A DNA stretch of 37,291 bases, from IMG/VR virus record IMGVR_UViG_3300042516_001356; one strand, 5' to 3'. The notes below the pieces were generated by a model. That model was not told the origin of the DNA, did no database searches, and worked only from the letters and a program-made list of their open reading frames with translations. This document shows, in pieces, positions 27,790 to 36,123 of the stretch (position 1 is the first letter of the stretch; every line of letters begins with the position of its first letter). This stretch comes from an uncultured virus (IMG/VR IMGVR_UViG_3300042516_001356) (lineage: Duplodnaviria; Heunggongvirae; Uroviricota; Caudoviricetes). A program made the translations under genes and the position numbers.

Positions 27790-28653
27790 ATGGCTAAAAA
27801 CTTACTAAAACAGGTTATGATTAAAGATACCAAAAAGAAAAAAAGAAATAGCGAAGAAGACGAAAGTCTTGTTGAAGGTTTAGATACTGCCATAAATGCT
27901 GGCTATCTTACTAAAACAAAACCAAAGTTTACTAAGAAAAATAATTTTTCTGCATCTGGTTTGACTTATGGCGCAGGTGAGTGTCCAAGATATTGGCACC
28001 TAGGGTTTGATGGACAAATATTTTATGATAACTCAGACGCCATTGGCGTAGCAAATAGAACACAAGGAACTCTCGGACATGGAAGAATACAAGATGCAAT
28101 AGAGGCTTCTGGTTTACTTGCACAAGATTTAGAGTTTGATCCAATACCAAGAAAATATAGCAAGCAAACTCACCCAGCAATGGAGTTTAGAGTTAAAACT
28201 GATGATCCACCTTTTGACGGGTATGGAGATGTCATGATTGACTATAAAGGTGAAAGACTTGTTGGTGAAATTAAAACAATAAGAAACGACGACTTTGAAC
28301 ATAAAAAATTAAGTAGAAAACCTAAAATGGGTCACTTAATGCAATTACTAATGTATATGAAGGTTTGGAAAATTGGCAAGGGTGTAATGATTTATGAAAA
28401 TAAAAACAATCATGAACTACTTACATTGCCCGTTGTAGTAAATGATCAGTATCGTACTTGGGTAGATGAAACATTTGAATGGATGAGAGTAGTTTACAAG
28501 AGTTGGCAAGATAAACAATTACCAGAAATTCCTTATCGTTCAAATTCAAAAATTTGCAAAGTGTGTCCTATTCAAAAGGCATGTGCTGAAGCAGGAGACG
28601 GAACAATTAAGATTAAACCTATGAAATTATTAAAGGACGAGAAAGATGAATAA
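27790..28653 (+). CDS. Solo Cas4-like (RecB/PD-(D/E)xK) exonuclease
   Basis: CPR...GTLGH...GYGD...EIKT...QLLMY plus C-terminal CKVCPIQKAC, giving four Cys Fe-S ligands. Confidence 0.85.
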   Translation: MAKNLLKQVMIKDTKKKKRNSEEDESLVEGLDTAINAGYLTKTKPKFTKKNNFSASGLTYGAGECPRYWHLGFDGQIFYDNSDAIGVANRTQGTLGHGRIQDAIEASGLLAQDLEFDPIPRKYSKQTHPAMEFRVKTDDPPFDGYGDVMIDYKGERLVGEIKTIRNDDFEHKKLSRKPKMGHLMQLLMYMKVWKIGKGVMIYENKNNHELLTLPVVVNDQYRTWVDETFEWMRVVYKSWQDKQLPEIPYRSNSKICKVCPIQKACAEAGDGTIKIKPMKLLKDEKDE

Positions 28654-28655
28654 AT

Positions 28656-28949
28656 GTGAAACTATGTGAAAGGTGCGAGACCCAATTTACACCAAAGGTA
28701 AGTTATCAAATTTATTGTGGAGATGTTTGTAGAGAAGGAGCCACCAAAATAAAGATAGCCGAAAGGTATCAAATAACTCGTAGACAAAAAAGAATAGGCA
28801 AAAAAAGACTTTGCTTTGGTGGCTGTGGAGAACAACTGTCAATATATAATGACTCTGGATTTTGTCCTAATTGCAATATAAATAAAAAAGAAGTAGATAA
28901 AATGTTAAAACAAATAAAAGGATTTATTGACTATGAACAACAGTGGTAA
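28656..28949 (+). CDS. Cys-rich (double zinc-finger) protein
   Basis: GTG start. CERC, CGDVC, CFGGC and CPNC. Confidence 0.65.
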   Translation: MKLCERCETQFTPKVSYQIYCGDVCREGATKIKIAERYQITRRQKRIGKKRLCFGGCGEQLSIYNDSGFCPNCNINKKEVDKMLKQIKGFIDYEQQW

Positions 28950-29511
28950 TTCAAAAACAGTTTGTGCTATTGATGCAAGCACTAATAGTCTTGCCTTTGC
29001 TATTTTTAATAATAACAATCTAGAAAGTATTGGTAAGATTAGGTTTGAAGGAAATACAAATTATGAAAAAGTTATGGATGCTTGTGCTAAGACAAAAGCA
29101 TTTTTTGAATATTATGGTGGATTTAAAACAATTGTAATTGAGCATACCGTTTTTATGAATAGCCCTAAAACTGCTGCGGATTTGGCTTTAGTCCAAGGTG
29201 CGCTATTAGGAGCAGCAGGACTAACTGGAACAAAGGTTATAGGAACTGTAGCACCAATAACTTGGCAAAACTATTTAGGAAATAAAAAAATAACAAAAGA
29301 GGAACAGGTTGTAATTAGATCAAAGAACCCAGGAAAGTCAGACTCTTGGTATAAAACATATGAAAGACAAATTAGGAAAGAAAGAACTATCAAACTAATT
29401 GAAATTAATTATAATAAAGTTATTAATGATAATGACGTTGCTGACGCTTGTGGTATTGGGCATTGGGCTATTAATAATTGGGACAAGTGGAACACGGTAA
29501 AAAATAAATGA
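28933..29511 (+). CDS. ruvC: RuvC-like Holliday junction resolvase
   Basis: AIDAS, VIEH, LALVQGA and DVADACGI give the RuvC acidic tetrad. Confidence 0.8.
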   Translation: MNNSGNSKTVCAIDASTNSLAFAIFNNNNLESIGKIRFEGNTNYEKVMDACAKTKAFFEYYGGFKTIVIEHTVFMNSPKTAADLALVQGALLGAAGLTGTKVIGTVAPITWQNYLGNKKITKEEQVVIRSKNPGKSDSWYKTYERQIRKERTIKLIEINYNKVINDNDVADACGIGHWAINNWDKWNTVKNK

Positions 29512-30968
29512 AACATGTGAAAAGTTTAACTGTTGTTGGTGGGGGAACTGCTGGCTTAATTTCTGCACTTATTTTAAAAGAACGTAGCACTTTAGAGGTT
29601 AATTTAGTATATTCTTCAAATATTGGAATTGTTGGTGTAGGAGAAGGATCAACAGAACATTTTAGAGAGTTTATGGATTTTGTTGGAATTAAAGGTAGTG
29701 AAATCATTACAGAATGTGATGCAACATTTAAGATTGGAATTATGTTTGATGGCTGGATTAAAAATAAAAAATATATGCATACGGTTGGTCCACCATTTAG
29801 CAATATAGTTGGTCAATATTCACACGTATACGCAAAACAAATATCTGAAGGCTTACAATACATTTATCCAGATAGTGTTTTACAAAATAAAGTTATTGCT
29901 CAAGCAATAAACATAGATAATACACCAGTAACAAATCAATATCATTTTAATACATTTAAATTAAATGATTTTTTAAAAAAGAAAGCAATTGAAAAAGGAA
30001 TCAATGTTTTTGATGATAATATTTTATATGTTGAATTAGATCAAAATGGATTTATTGATTATGTAGTGGGAGAAAAAAATAAATATAAAAGTGATTTTTA
30101 TATAGATGCAACAGGATTTAAACGAGTTTTAATGAATAAATTAGATGTTAAATGGAAATCTTTTAATAAATATTTAAAATTGAACTCTGCAATTACATTT
30201 CCAACTGTTGACGAAGATAATTATAATTTTTGGACATTAGCAAAAGCCATGGATTCTGGTTGGAGATTTAAAATACCAACTTGGGGACGACATGGAAATG
30301 GATACATATATGATAATAATTTTATAAATGCCGATCAAGCAAAGTTAGAAGTAGAAAAAGAACTTGGTTACAAAATAGAAGTTGGAAAAACTTTTAATTT
30401 TGATCCAGGGGCTTTAGAAACTGTATGGACGAAAAATTGTGTTGCAATGGGATTAAGTGGATGTTTTTTTGAACCACTAGAGGCAACATCAATTGGATTA
30501 ACTATTCAACAAAGTTTTTTATTAATGCATAGACTTCAAAATTATAACGAAAGAGTTATAAAAGAATATAATGAGTCATTTGAAAATATTACAGAAAATA
30601 TTAGAGACTTTATTGTTTTACATTATTTAACAAAAAGAAATGATACCGAATTTTGGAAAAATATTTTAACTATAGACATACCAGAATCTTTAAAATATAA
30701 TTTAGAAAAATGGAAAACAAAACTTCCAATTAAAGAGGATTTTAGAAAAGATTCTTCTTATGCTATGTTTTTACCATTAAACTTTGTCGTTGTCATGGCA
30801 GGTCTTAATTTGTTTGACAATGATGCAATTTTAAACGAGTATCAATTTTTATCAAAAAATATAAAAAATAATGCAGAAATAATGATTAATTCAGCGGTTT
30901 TTCAAGATCAGTCTAAACAATACTTAAATCATAAAGAAATAATTAAAATTATTAGAGGGATAGGTTAA
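29508..30968 (+). CDS. Flavin-dependent halogenase, tryptophan-halogenase (PrnA/RebH) family
   Basis: GGGTAG, GVGEGS, ATFK (catalytic Lys position), YHF, DFYIDATG, GWRFKIP, GNGYIY, FFEPLEAT, DFIVLHY and TEFW. Confidence 0.88.
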   Translation: MKHVKSLTVVGGGTAGLISALILKERSTLEVNLVYSSNIGIVGVGEGSTEHFREFMDFVGIKGSEIITECDATFKIGIMFDGWIKNKKYMHTVGPPFSNIVGQYSHVYAKQISEGLQYIYPDSVLQNKVIAQAINIDNTPVTNQYHFNTFKLNDFLKKKAIEKGINVFDDNILYVELDQNGFIDYVVGEKNKYKSDFYIDATGFKRVLMNKLDVKWKSFNKYLKLNSAITFPTVDEDNYNFWTLAKAMDSGWRFKIPTWGRHGNGYIYDNNFINADQAKLEVEKELGYKIEVGKTFNFDPGALETVWTKNCVAMGLSGCFFEPLEATSIGLTIQQSFLLMHRLQNYNERVIKEYNESFENITENIRDFIVLHYLTKRNDTEFWKNILTIDIPESLKYNLEKWKTKLPIKEDFRKDSSYAMFLPLNFVVVMAGLNLFDNDAILNEYQFLSKNIKNNAEIMINSAVFQDQSKQYLNHKEIIKIIRGIG

Positions 30969-30971
30969 AAA

Positions 30972-31616
30972 ATGCCAGAATTAAATGCAAACATACCACC
31001 TATAGAATGTTATGTGCGTGGAAACTATTTAAGAAATCAATTAGATAGTCATGATAAATATTTTCCATGTGTTATATTTGGTGTTGCTAGTATTAAAAGT
31101 AGAAGTCCCTTATTCCACATAATGATGGAAGATGGTGGTTTGTGGTGGAGAATGCCAATCAGCGCATTCTGTACACAACCTGGAGTACAAGAACAAGACA
31201 TACACAATTTGGTTTTATGGAATGCCTTTAGTCATCATATATCTGTAACAAAATTTGAAAACTTAACAAATCTTAAAATGTCTTACATTGATAGAACAAA
31301 GACTATGCATAAGGGGACATATTTGTTTACACTTGACTGGCACAATCCAGACTCCAATGTTTTAGATGACGGGTACTCAGAGAATCCAGCGGAACATAAA
31401 TGTGGTCATGTTATACAAAGAGACGATGGGAACTTTGCTATACAGCCAAACAATAGAGTTCGTATTTATGAACCTTCTTTTACTTTAAAAAAGGAATATG
31501 TTATTGATAGAATAATTAATGATTATAAGTGGGACGTAGAGAATCAAGACAAATGGACCTTAGAAGACAGTGATAGGTTTAACTATGAAATTAATGAGAC
31601 TGAGGTTGACAAATAA
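30972..31616 (+). CDS. Conserved phage hypothetical protein
   Basis: 214 aa with LNANIPP...YLFTLDW...EHKCGH...QPNNR. I recognise the pattern from aquatic phages, but the function is unknown. Confidence 0.7.
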   Translation: MPELNANIPPIECYVRGNYLRNQLDSHDKYFPCVIFGVASIKSRSPLFHIMMEDGGLWWRMPISAFCTQPGVQEQDIHNLVLWNAFSHHISVTKFENLTNLKMSYIDRTKTMHKGTYLFTLDWHNPDSNVLDDGYSENPAEHKCGHVIQRDDGNFAIQPNNRVRIYEPSFTLKKEYVIDRIINDYKWDVENQDKWTLEDSDRFNYEINETEVDK

Positions 31617-31634
31617 TACTATGACTGGTAAACT
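31606..31634 (+). promoter_or_regulatory. Candidate promoter TTGACA-N17-TAAACT with TG extension
   Basis: TTGACA at 31606-31611 and TGG-TAAACT at 31626-31634. It straddles the HTH gene start. Confidence 0.45.
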
Positions 31635-31776
31635 GTATACAAGTGAAACTTGGCTTCGTAAGAGATACCTTATGGATAAAAAGTCTCCACAAGACATTGC
31701 CAAAGAGTGTGGGGCAAGCGTAGAAACAATCTACGTATACCTTGCTAAATTTGGATTAAGGAAATCAAAACGATGA
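31621..31776 (+). CDS. Small helix-turn-helix protein (51 aa)
   Basis: WLRKRY...KSPQDIAKECGASVETIYVYLAKFGL is an HTH pattern. Start taken as ATG 31621. Confidence 0.75.
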   Translation: MTGKLYTSETWLRKRYLMDKKSPQDIAKECGASVETIYVYLAKFGLRKSKR

Positions 31777-32108
31777 AACTAAATCCAGTTTATAAGGATG
31801 TAAAAAGTTTTAGTTGTGAGGATTTATATCTTTATTCTATTAGCGCACCTTCTGGAAAAGAGATTTGGTCAACATGTCATGGAATTGCACAGATGCTTAT
31901 TGATAAAAATATTGCATATGGAGATTCTGCTTTAGATCCTGTTAGAATTTTTAGCAAGGCAGATCCAGTAGAACAACTTAGAGTAAGAATTGATGATAAA
32001 TTAAGCAGACTTATGAAAGGCACGGACTATATTGGAGACAACGATATAGATGATCTTATTGGATACTTAGTATTGCTTAAAATAGCAAAGGAAAAAAATG
32101 TCAACTGA
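31773..32108 (+). CDS. DUF1599 / nucleotide-modification-associated domain 1-like protein
   Basis: LIDKNIAYG...VRIDDKLSRL...DDLIGY motif. Confidence 0.65.
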   Translation: MKLNPVYKDVKSFSCEDLYLYSISAPSGKEIWSTCHGIAQMLIDKNIAYGDSALDPVRIFSKADPVEQLRVRIDDKLSRLMKGTDYIGDNDIDDLIGYLVLLKIAKEKNVN

Positions 32109-32634
32109 AATAGAATTAATTCAACATCTTGATGAAGTAAACAAAGTTGTTGCAGAATATCTTAAAGGCCAAGATCCTACAAAAATTTCTAAAGATTTGG
32201 ATATGCCAAGAACTCGTGTTGTTGCATTAATTAATGAATGGAAAGTTATGGCATCTGCCAATGACGCTATACGTGCTCGTGCAAAAGAAGCCCTTGCTGG
32301 AGCAGATGCACACTATAGCAAATTAATTACAAAATCTTATGAGGTTATTGATGAAGCATCAATGACAAATAATCTTAGTGCAAAAACTCAAGCAATTAAA
32401 TTAGTTATGGATATAGAAAAATCTAGAATTGAAATGTTACAAAAGGCTGGACTTCTTGAAAACAAGGAACTAGCAGAAGAAATGGTGCAGATTGAACGTA
32501 AACAAGAAGTTCTCATTGGAATTCTTAGAGACGTTGCTTCTGAGCATCCAGAGGTTCGTGATTTAATTATGCACCGTCTTTCTGAAATTGCTAAAGAGGG
32601 AGAAGTGATTACCATTGTCCAAGATGTTCAATGA
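32098..32634 (+). CDS. terS: Putative terminase small subunit
   Basis: N-terminal HTH (YLKGQDPTKISKDLDMPRTRV) and a coiled coil, overlapping the large-subunit gene. Confidence 0.7.
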   Translation: MSTEIELIQHLDEVNKVVAEYLKGQDPTKISKDLDMPRTRVVALINEWKVMASANDAIRARAKEALAGADAHYSKLITKSYEVIDEASMTNNLSAKTQAIKLVMDIEKSRIEMLQKAGLLENKELAEEMVQIERKQEVLIGILRDVASEHPEVRDLIMHRLSEIAKEGEVITIVQDVQ

Positions 32635-34399
32635 TTTTTTTGAGGTACTAAAAGAAAAACAATTTGAAGAACAGCCAGTAGATGCAAAGACATTTGTTGA
32701 GTCTTCTGATTATTTGGGGCAGCCACCGCTATCATCAATTCAATATGACATTGTAGAAGCAATGAGTCAAATATATAAAAAAGAAGACTTGCAAGAATTG
32801 TATGGCCCAGTAGAAGGCGCAAGATATTATGACAAATATACTAAAAATGAAATTATTTTACAACTAGGAAAAGGCTCTGGTAAAGACTTTACCTCTACGG
32901 TTGCCTGTGCCTATATTGTATATAAGTTGTTGTGTCTTAAGGATCCCGCTAGATATTTTGGAAAGCCAAGCGGAGATGCAATAGATTTAATTAACGTTGC
33001 AATAAATGCACAGCAAGCAAAAAATGTTTTCTTTAAAGGTTTTAAAAGTAAGATTGAAAGATCACCATGGTTTGCTGGTAAGTATAATGCTAAAGCAGAC
33101 TCAATAGAGTTTGATAAATCAATTACAGTTTACTCTGGACACTCAGAAAGAGAATCGCATGAGGGATTAAACTTATTACTTGCAGTGCTTGATGAAATTT
33201 CTGGTTTTGCATCTGAAGTTGGAACTGGCAATGAGCAAGGCAAGACAGCAGAAAATATTTACAAAGCGTTTCGTGGCTCAGTTGATTCTCGCTTTCCAGA
33301 TTTAGGCAAAGTAGTATTACTTTCATTCCCTCGTTATCAAGGTGACTTTATTTCAAAAAGGTATGAAGATGTTATTATGGAAAAAGAAATAATTGAAAAA
33401 AAACATACATTTATTATGAACGAAGACTTACCGCATGATGACGTTAGCAATCAATTTGAGATTATCTGGGAAGAAGATTCTATTATTTCTTACAAGGTAC
33501 CAAAAATATTAGCATTAAAAAGACCTACATGGGAAGTAAATCCTACTCGCAAAATAGATGATTTTAAATTAGCATTTTATACAGATTTGGGTGATGCAAT
33601 GATGCGTTTTGCCTGCGTACCAACCTTTGCCTCAGATGCATTCTTTAAACAAAAAGAAAAATTAGAAAAATGCATGAACACAAGAAATCCACTAGACTCT
33701 TTTAGAAGGTTTGATGAAACTTTTAAAGCAGATCCAGAAAAAATTTATTACATCCATGCTGACCTTGCACAAAAACACGATAAGTGTGCAGTAGCAATTG
33801 CTCACGTAGATAAATGGGTTAATATTCAGGTTATTAAAGATTATGAACAGGTAGCCCCCATTGTTGTTGTTGATGCTGTGGCCTGGTGGGAGCCAAGAGC
33901 AGAAGGACCAGTAAATTTATCAGAAGTAAAACAGTGGATTATTAACTTACGCAGAGAAGGTTTTAATATTGGAATGGTTTCTTTTGATAGGTGGCAATCT
34001 TTTGATATCCAAAATGAATTACAGGCTGTTGGAATTAAAACAGAAACTGTATCAGTTGCTAAAAAACACTATGAAGATTTAGCGATGATGATTTACGAAG
34101 AACGTGTTGCTATTCCTATGATCCCAATTCTGTTAGAAGAAATGTCAGAATTGAGAATAATGAAAGGTAACAGAGTTGACCATCCACGTAAAAAATCTAA
34201 AGACTTGGCTGATGCGGTTTGTGGAGCGGTATTTGGAGCAATTTCTCATACAGCAAGGACTAATAATACAGAGATAGATGTCCACACTTGGAGTTCTGCA
34301 ACAAGACTTGCAGAAAAACAACAACTTATGGTAGAATTAGATAATCGGGAAATGCCTAACGATGTTAAGGATTTCCTGGATAAATTAAACTTAATATAA
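32615..34399 (+). CDS. terL: Terminase large subunit
   Basis: TTG start. Walker A GKGSGKD, Walker B AVLDE, coupling motif LSFP, and nuclease motifs IHADLA, FDRWQS and DLADA. Confidence 0.92.
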   Translation: MSKMFNDFFEVLKEKQFEEQPVDAKTFVESSDYLGQPPLSSIQYDIVEAMSQIYKKEDLQELYGPVEGARYYDKYTKNEIILQLGKGSGKDFTSTVACAYIVYKLLCLKDPARYFGKPSGDAIDLINVAINAQQAKNVFFKGFKSKIERSPWFAGKYNAKADSIEFDKSITVYSGHSERESHEGLNLLLAVLDEISGFASEVGTGNEQGKTAENIYKAFRGSVDSRFPDLGKVVLLSFPRYQGDFISKRYEDVIMEKEIIEKKHTFIMNEDLPHDDVSNQFEIIWEEDSIISYKVPKILALKRPTWEVNPTRKIDDFKLAFYTDLGDAMMRFACVPTFASDAFFKQKEKLEKCMNTRNPLDSFRRFDETFKADPEKIYYIHADLAQKHDKCAVAIAHVDKWVNIQVIKDYEQVAPIVVVDAVAWWEPRAEGPVNLSEVKQWIINLRREGFNIGMVSFDRWQSFDIQNELQAVGIKTETVSVAKKHYEDLAMMIYEERVAIPMIPILLEEMSELRIMKGNRVDHPRKKSKDLADAVCGAVFGAISHTARTNNTEIDVHTWSSATRLAEKQQLMVELDNREMPNDVKDFLDKLNLI

Positions 34400-34415
34400 A
34401 CTAATAAGGAGAAAA

Positions 34416-36017
34416 ATGAATTCATTTAAGAAAATCGCTTTAGTCATGGCTGCAGCCTTGTCTATTAGCACCTTAACTGCAACTCAGGCAAATGCTGTGC
34501 ATAATGCAGACTCTCTTACTATTGATACAGTGTCAAGCACTATTTCAACAGGTGAGACTGCAACGGCAGTAGCAACATTGTCTTTTTTGGCAGGTAATAC
34601 TGGAGATACTCTCACGGTAACTTCATCAGTTGTAAGTCTTCCAACAGGGGCTGCTAAATTAGCAACTTTGTCTGTAAAAGAAACAACTAGCGCTGTAGTT
34701 GTTGTAGCAGCAGATTTATATTCGGCTGATGTTTCCTCATCCGTAAATGCTCTTACCTCAGTATCCACAAAGTTAAATGTAAGCCTAGTAAACCCAACGG
34801 TTGCTGGAACTTATGTTATTAAATTAACTCCATCTGTAAAGGGTGGTGGAGGAACATTAAATTCTTCTGCTGTTCTGTGGTCAGTTGTAGTTAGTGCAGC
34901 AGATGTAAAAGCATCTGCATCAAATTCAACATCTATTATTAACTCTGGAGAAACAATCACAGCAACTGCTGACGCAACTGTTTTTGCCCCAAAGACTGTA
35001 TCTTCTGATGCTGCTGCGGTAATCGTAGTAACACAAAAGAATGCTGCTGGAACATCTGTTTCAGAATCTTTGATAGCAACAGTTTCAGGTTCTGGTCTTA
35101 TTGGAACTGGTTCAAACCACGCAACAATTTCAGCACTAGGACGTTCTATTTCAGTCGCTGCTGGCAACTACATTGGTGTATTTGCTGATGGTACATCTGG
35201 AGTAGGAACAGTTACAATTACAACACAATCTGGTGTGGTGCTTGGAACAGAATCAATAACATTTTATGGTGATATTGCCAAGGTAGTAACTACAGTTAAG
35301 AAGCCTGTAATTTCTACAGGATCAAATGCTGATGCTATTTCTGCAATTGCCTATGATTCAAGTGGTGTAAAGGTTGGTGCTGGAACACTTTCAGCAACAT
35401 CAGATGCGTTATCTATAGTTAGCAACTCTGCAACAACTGCTTCCATCGTAAATGGTGAAGCACTGTTCTCACTTACTGGTGTTGCAACTGGTAAGGCTGG
35501 AATTGTTGTAAAAAGTGGAACAATTGTTGCTGATACAGTAACTGTTCGTGTAGAAGGAACTGCATCATCTGTAAAGGTTGCTTTTGATAAGACAACATAT
35601 GCACCAGGTGAGGCTGCAACAATCACATTGTCAGTTCTTGATGCAAGCGGATTGGCTTTATCTGGAAAAACTAATACAAACGTATTAACAGATGGTGGAA
35701 TTTCAACAAATTATGCATTTGGTTCAGGTAGCGATACTTTAACTGCAACATCTGTAACAACAGACGCTAACGGTGTAAAGATTTACAAAGTATTTATGCC
35801 AGCAGTAGAGGGTGATATTAAAGTTACTGCAAAGGGTGGATCATTACTACCAACTGCTGGACAGGTAGAAGTATCTGCATCAGCAACAGTGGTAAGTCCT
35901 GCTACAGTTGCACTTACACAAATTGCTGCTTTAACAGCAACAATTGCATCTCTACGCACCTTGATTGTTACATTAACAAACTTGGTTCTAAAGATTCAGA
36001 AGAAGGTAAAGGCTTAA
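34416..36017 (+). CDS. Secreted Ig-like/beta-sandwich surface protein with a Sec signal peptide
   Basis: MNSFKK + hydrophobic core + ANA cleavage site. The body is Ala/Thr/Ser/Val-rich and the C-terminus is an amphipathic basic helix (LTNLVLKIQKKVKA). SD AAGGAG, with its own terminator. Confidence 0.8.
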   Translation: MNSFKKIALVMAAALSISTLTATQANAVHNADSLTIDTVSSTISTGETATAVATLSFLAGNTGDTLTVTSSVVSLPTGAAKLATLSVKETTSAVVVVAADLYSADVSSSVNALTSVSTKLNVSLVNPTVAGTYVIKLTPSVKGGGGTLNSSAVLWSVVVSAADVKASASNSTSIINSGETITATADATVFAPKTVSSDAAAVIVVTQKNAAGTSVSESLIATVSGSGLIGTGSNHATISALGRSISVAAGNYIGVFADGTSGVGTVTITTQSGVVLGTESITFYGDIAKVVTTVKKPVISTGSNADAISAIAYDSSGVKVGAGTLSATSDALSIVSNSATTASIVNGEALFSLTGVATGKAGIVVKSGTIVADTVTVRVEGTASSVKVAFDKTTYAPGEAATITLSVLDASGLALSGKTNTNVLTDGGISTNYAFGSGSDTLTATSVTTDANGVKIYKVFMPAVEGDIKVTAKGGSLLPTAGQVEVSASATVVSPATVALTQIAALTATIASLRTLIVTLTNLVLKIQKKVKA

Positions 36018-36034
36018 AACTCCTTATAAAAATT

Positions 36035-36064
36035 GAGGGTAGATTAATTTCTACCCTCTTTTTT
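36035..36064 (+). terminator. Intrinsic terminator
   Basis: Perfect 9-bp stem GAGGGTAGA / TCTACCCTC, loop TTAATT, followed by T6. Confidence 0.9.
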
Positions 36065-36075
36065 ATTGCATAAAA

Positions 36076-36084
36076 TGATATAAT
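36076..36084 (+). promoter_or_regulatory. Extended -10 promoter (TGA-TATAAT)
   Basis: Consensus motif just downstream of the terminator and upstream of the last CDS. Confidence 0.65.
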
Positions 36085-36123
36085 AGTATTGTTAGATATG
36101 GGGGCTAACGTAAAGGACCCCAA

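Noticed and set aside
27790..28653. Cas4-like gene as evidence of a CRISPR-Cas system
   Set aside because: No repeat-spacer array or other cas genes are present, and solo Cas4-like nucleases are common in phage replication modules.
19554..34399. Inteins or introns in dnaB, dnaE, recA or terL
   Set aside because: Lengths are ordinary, conserved motifs are contiguous, and no intein-terminal or homing-endonuclease motifs were seen.
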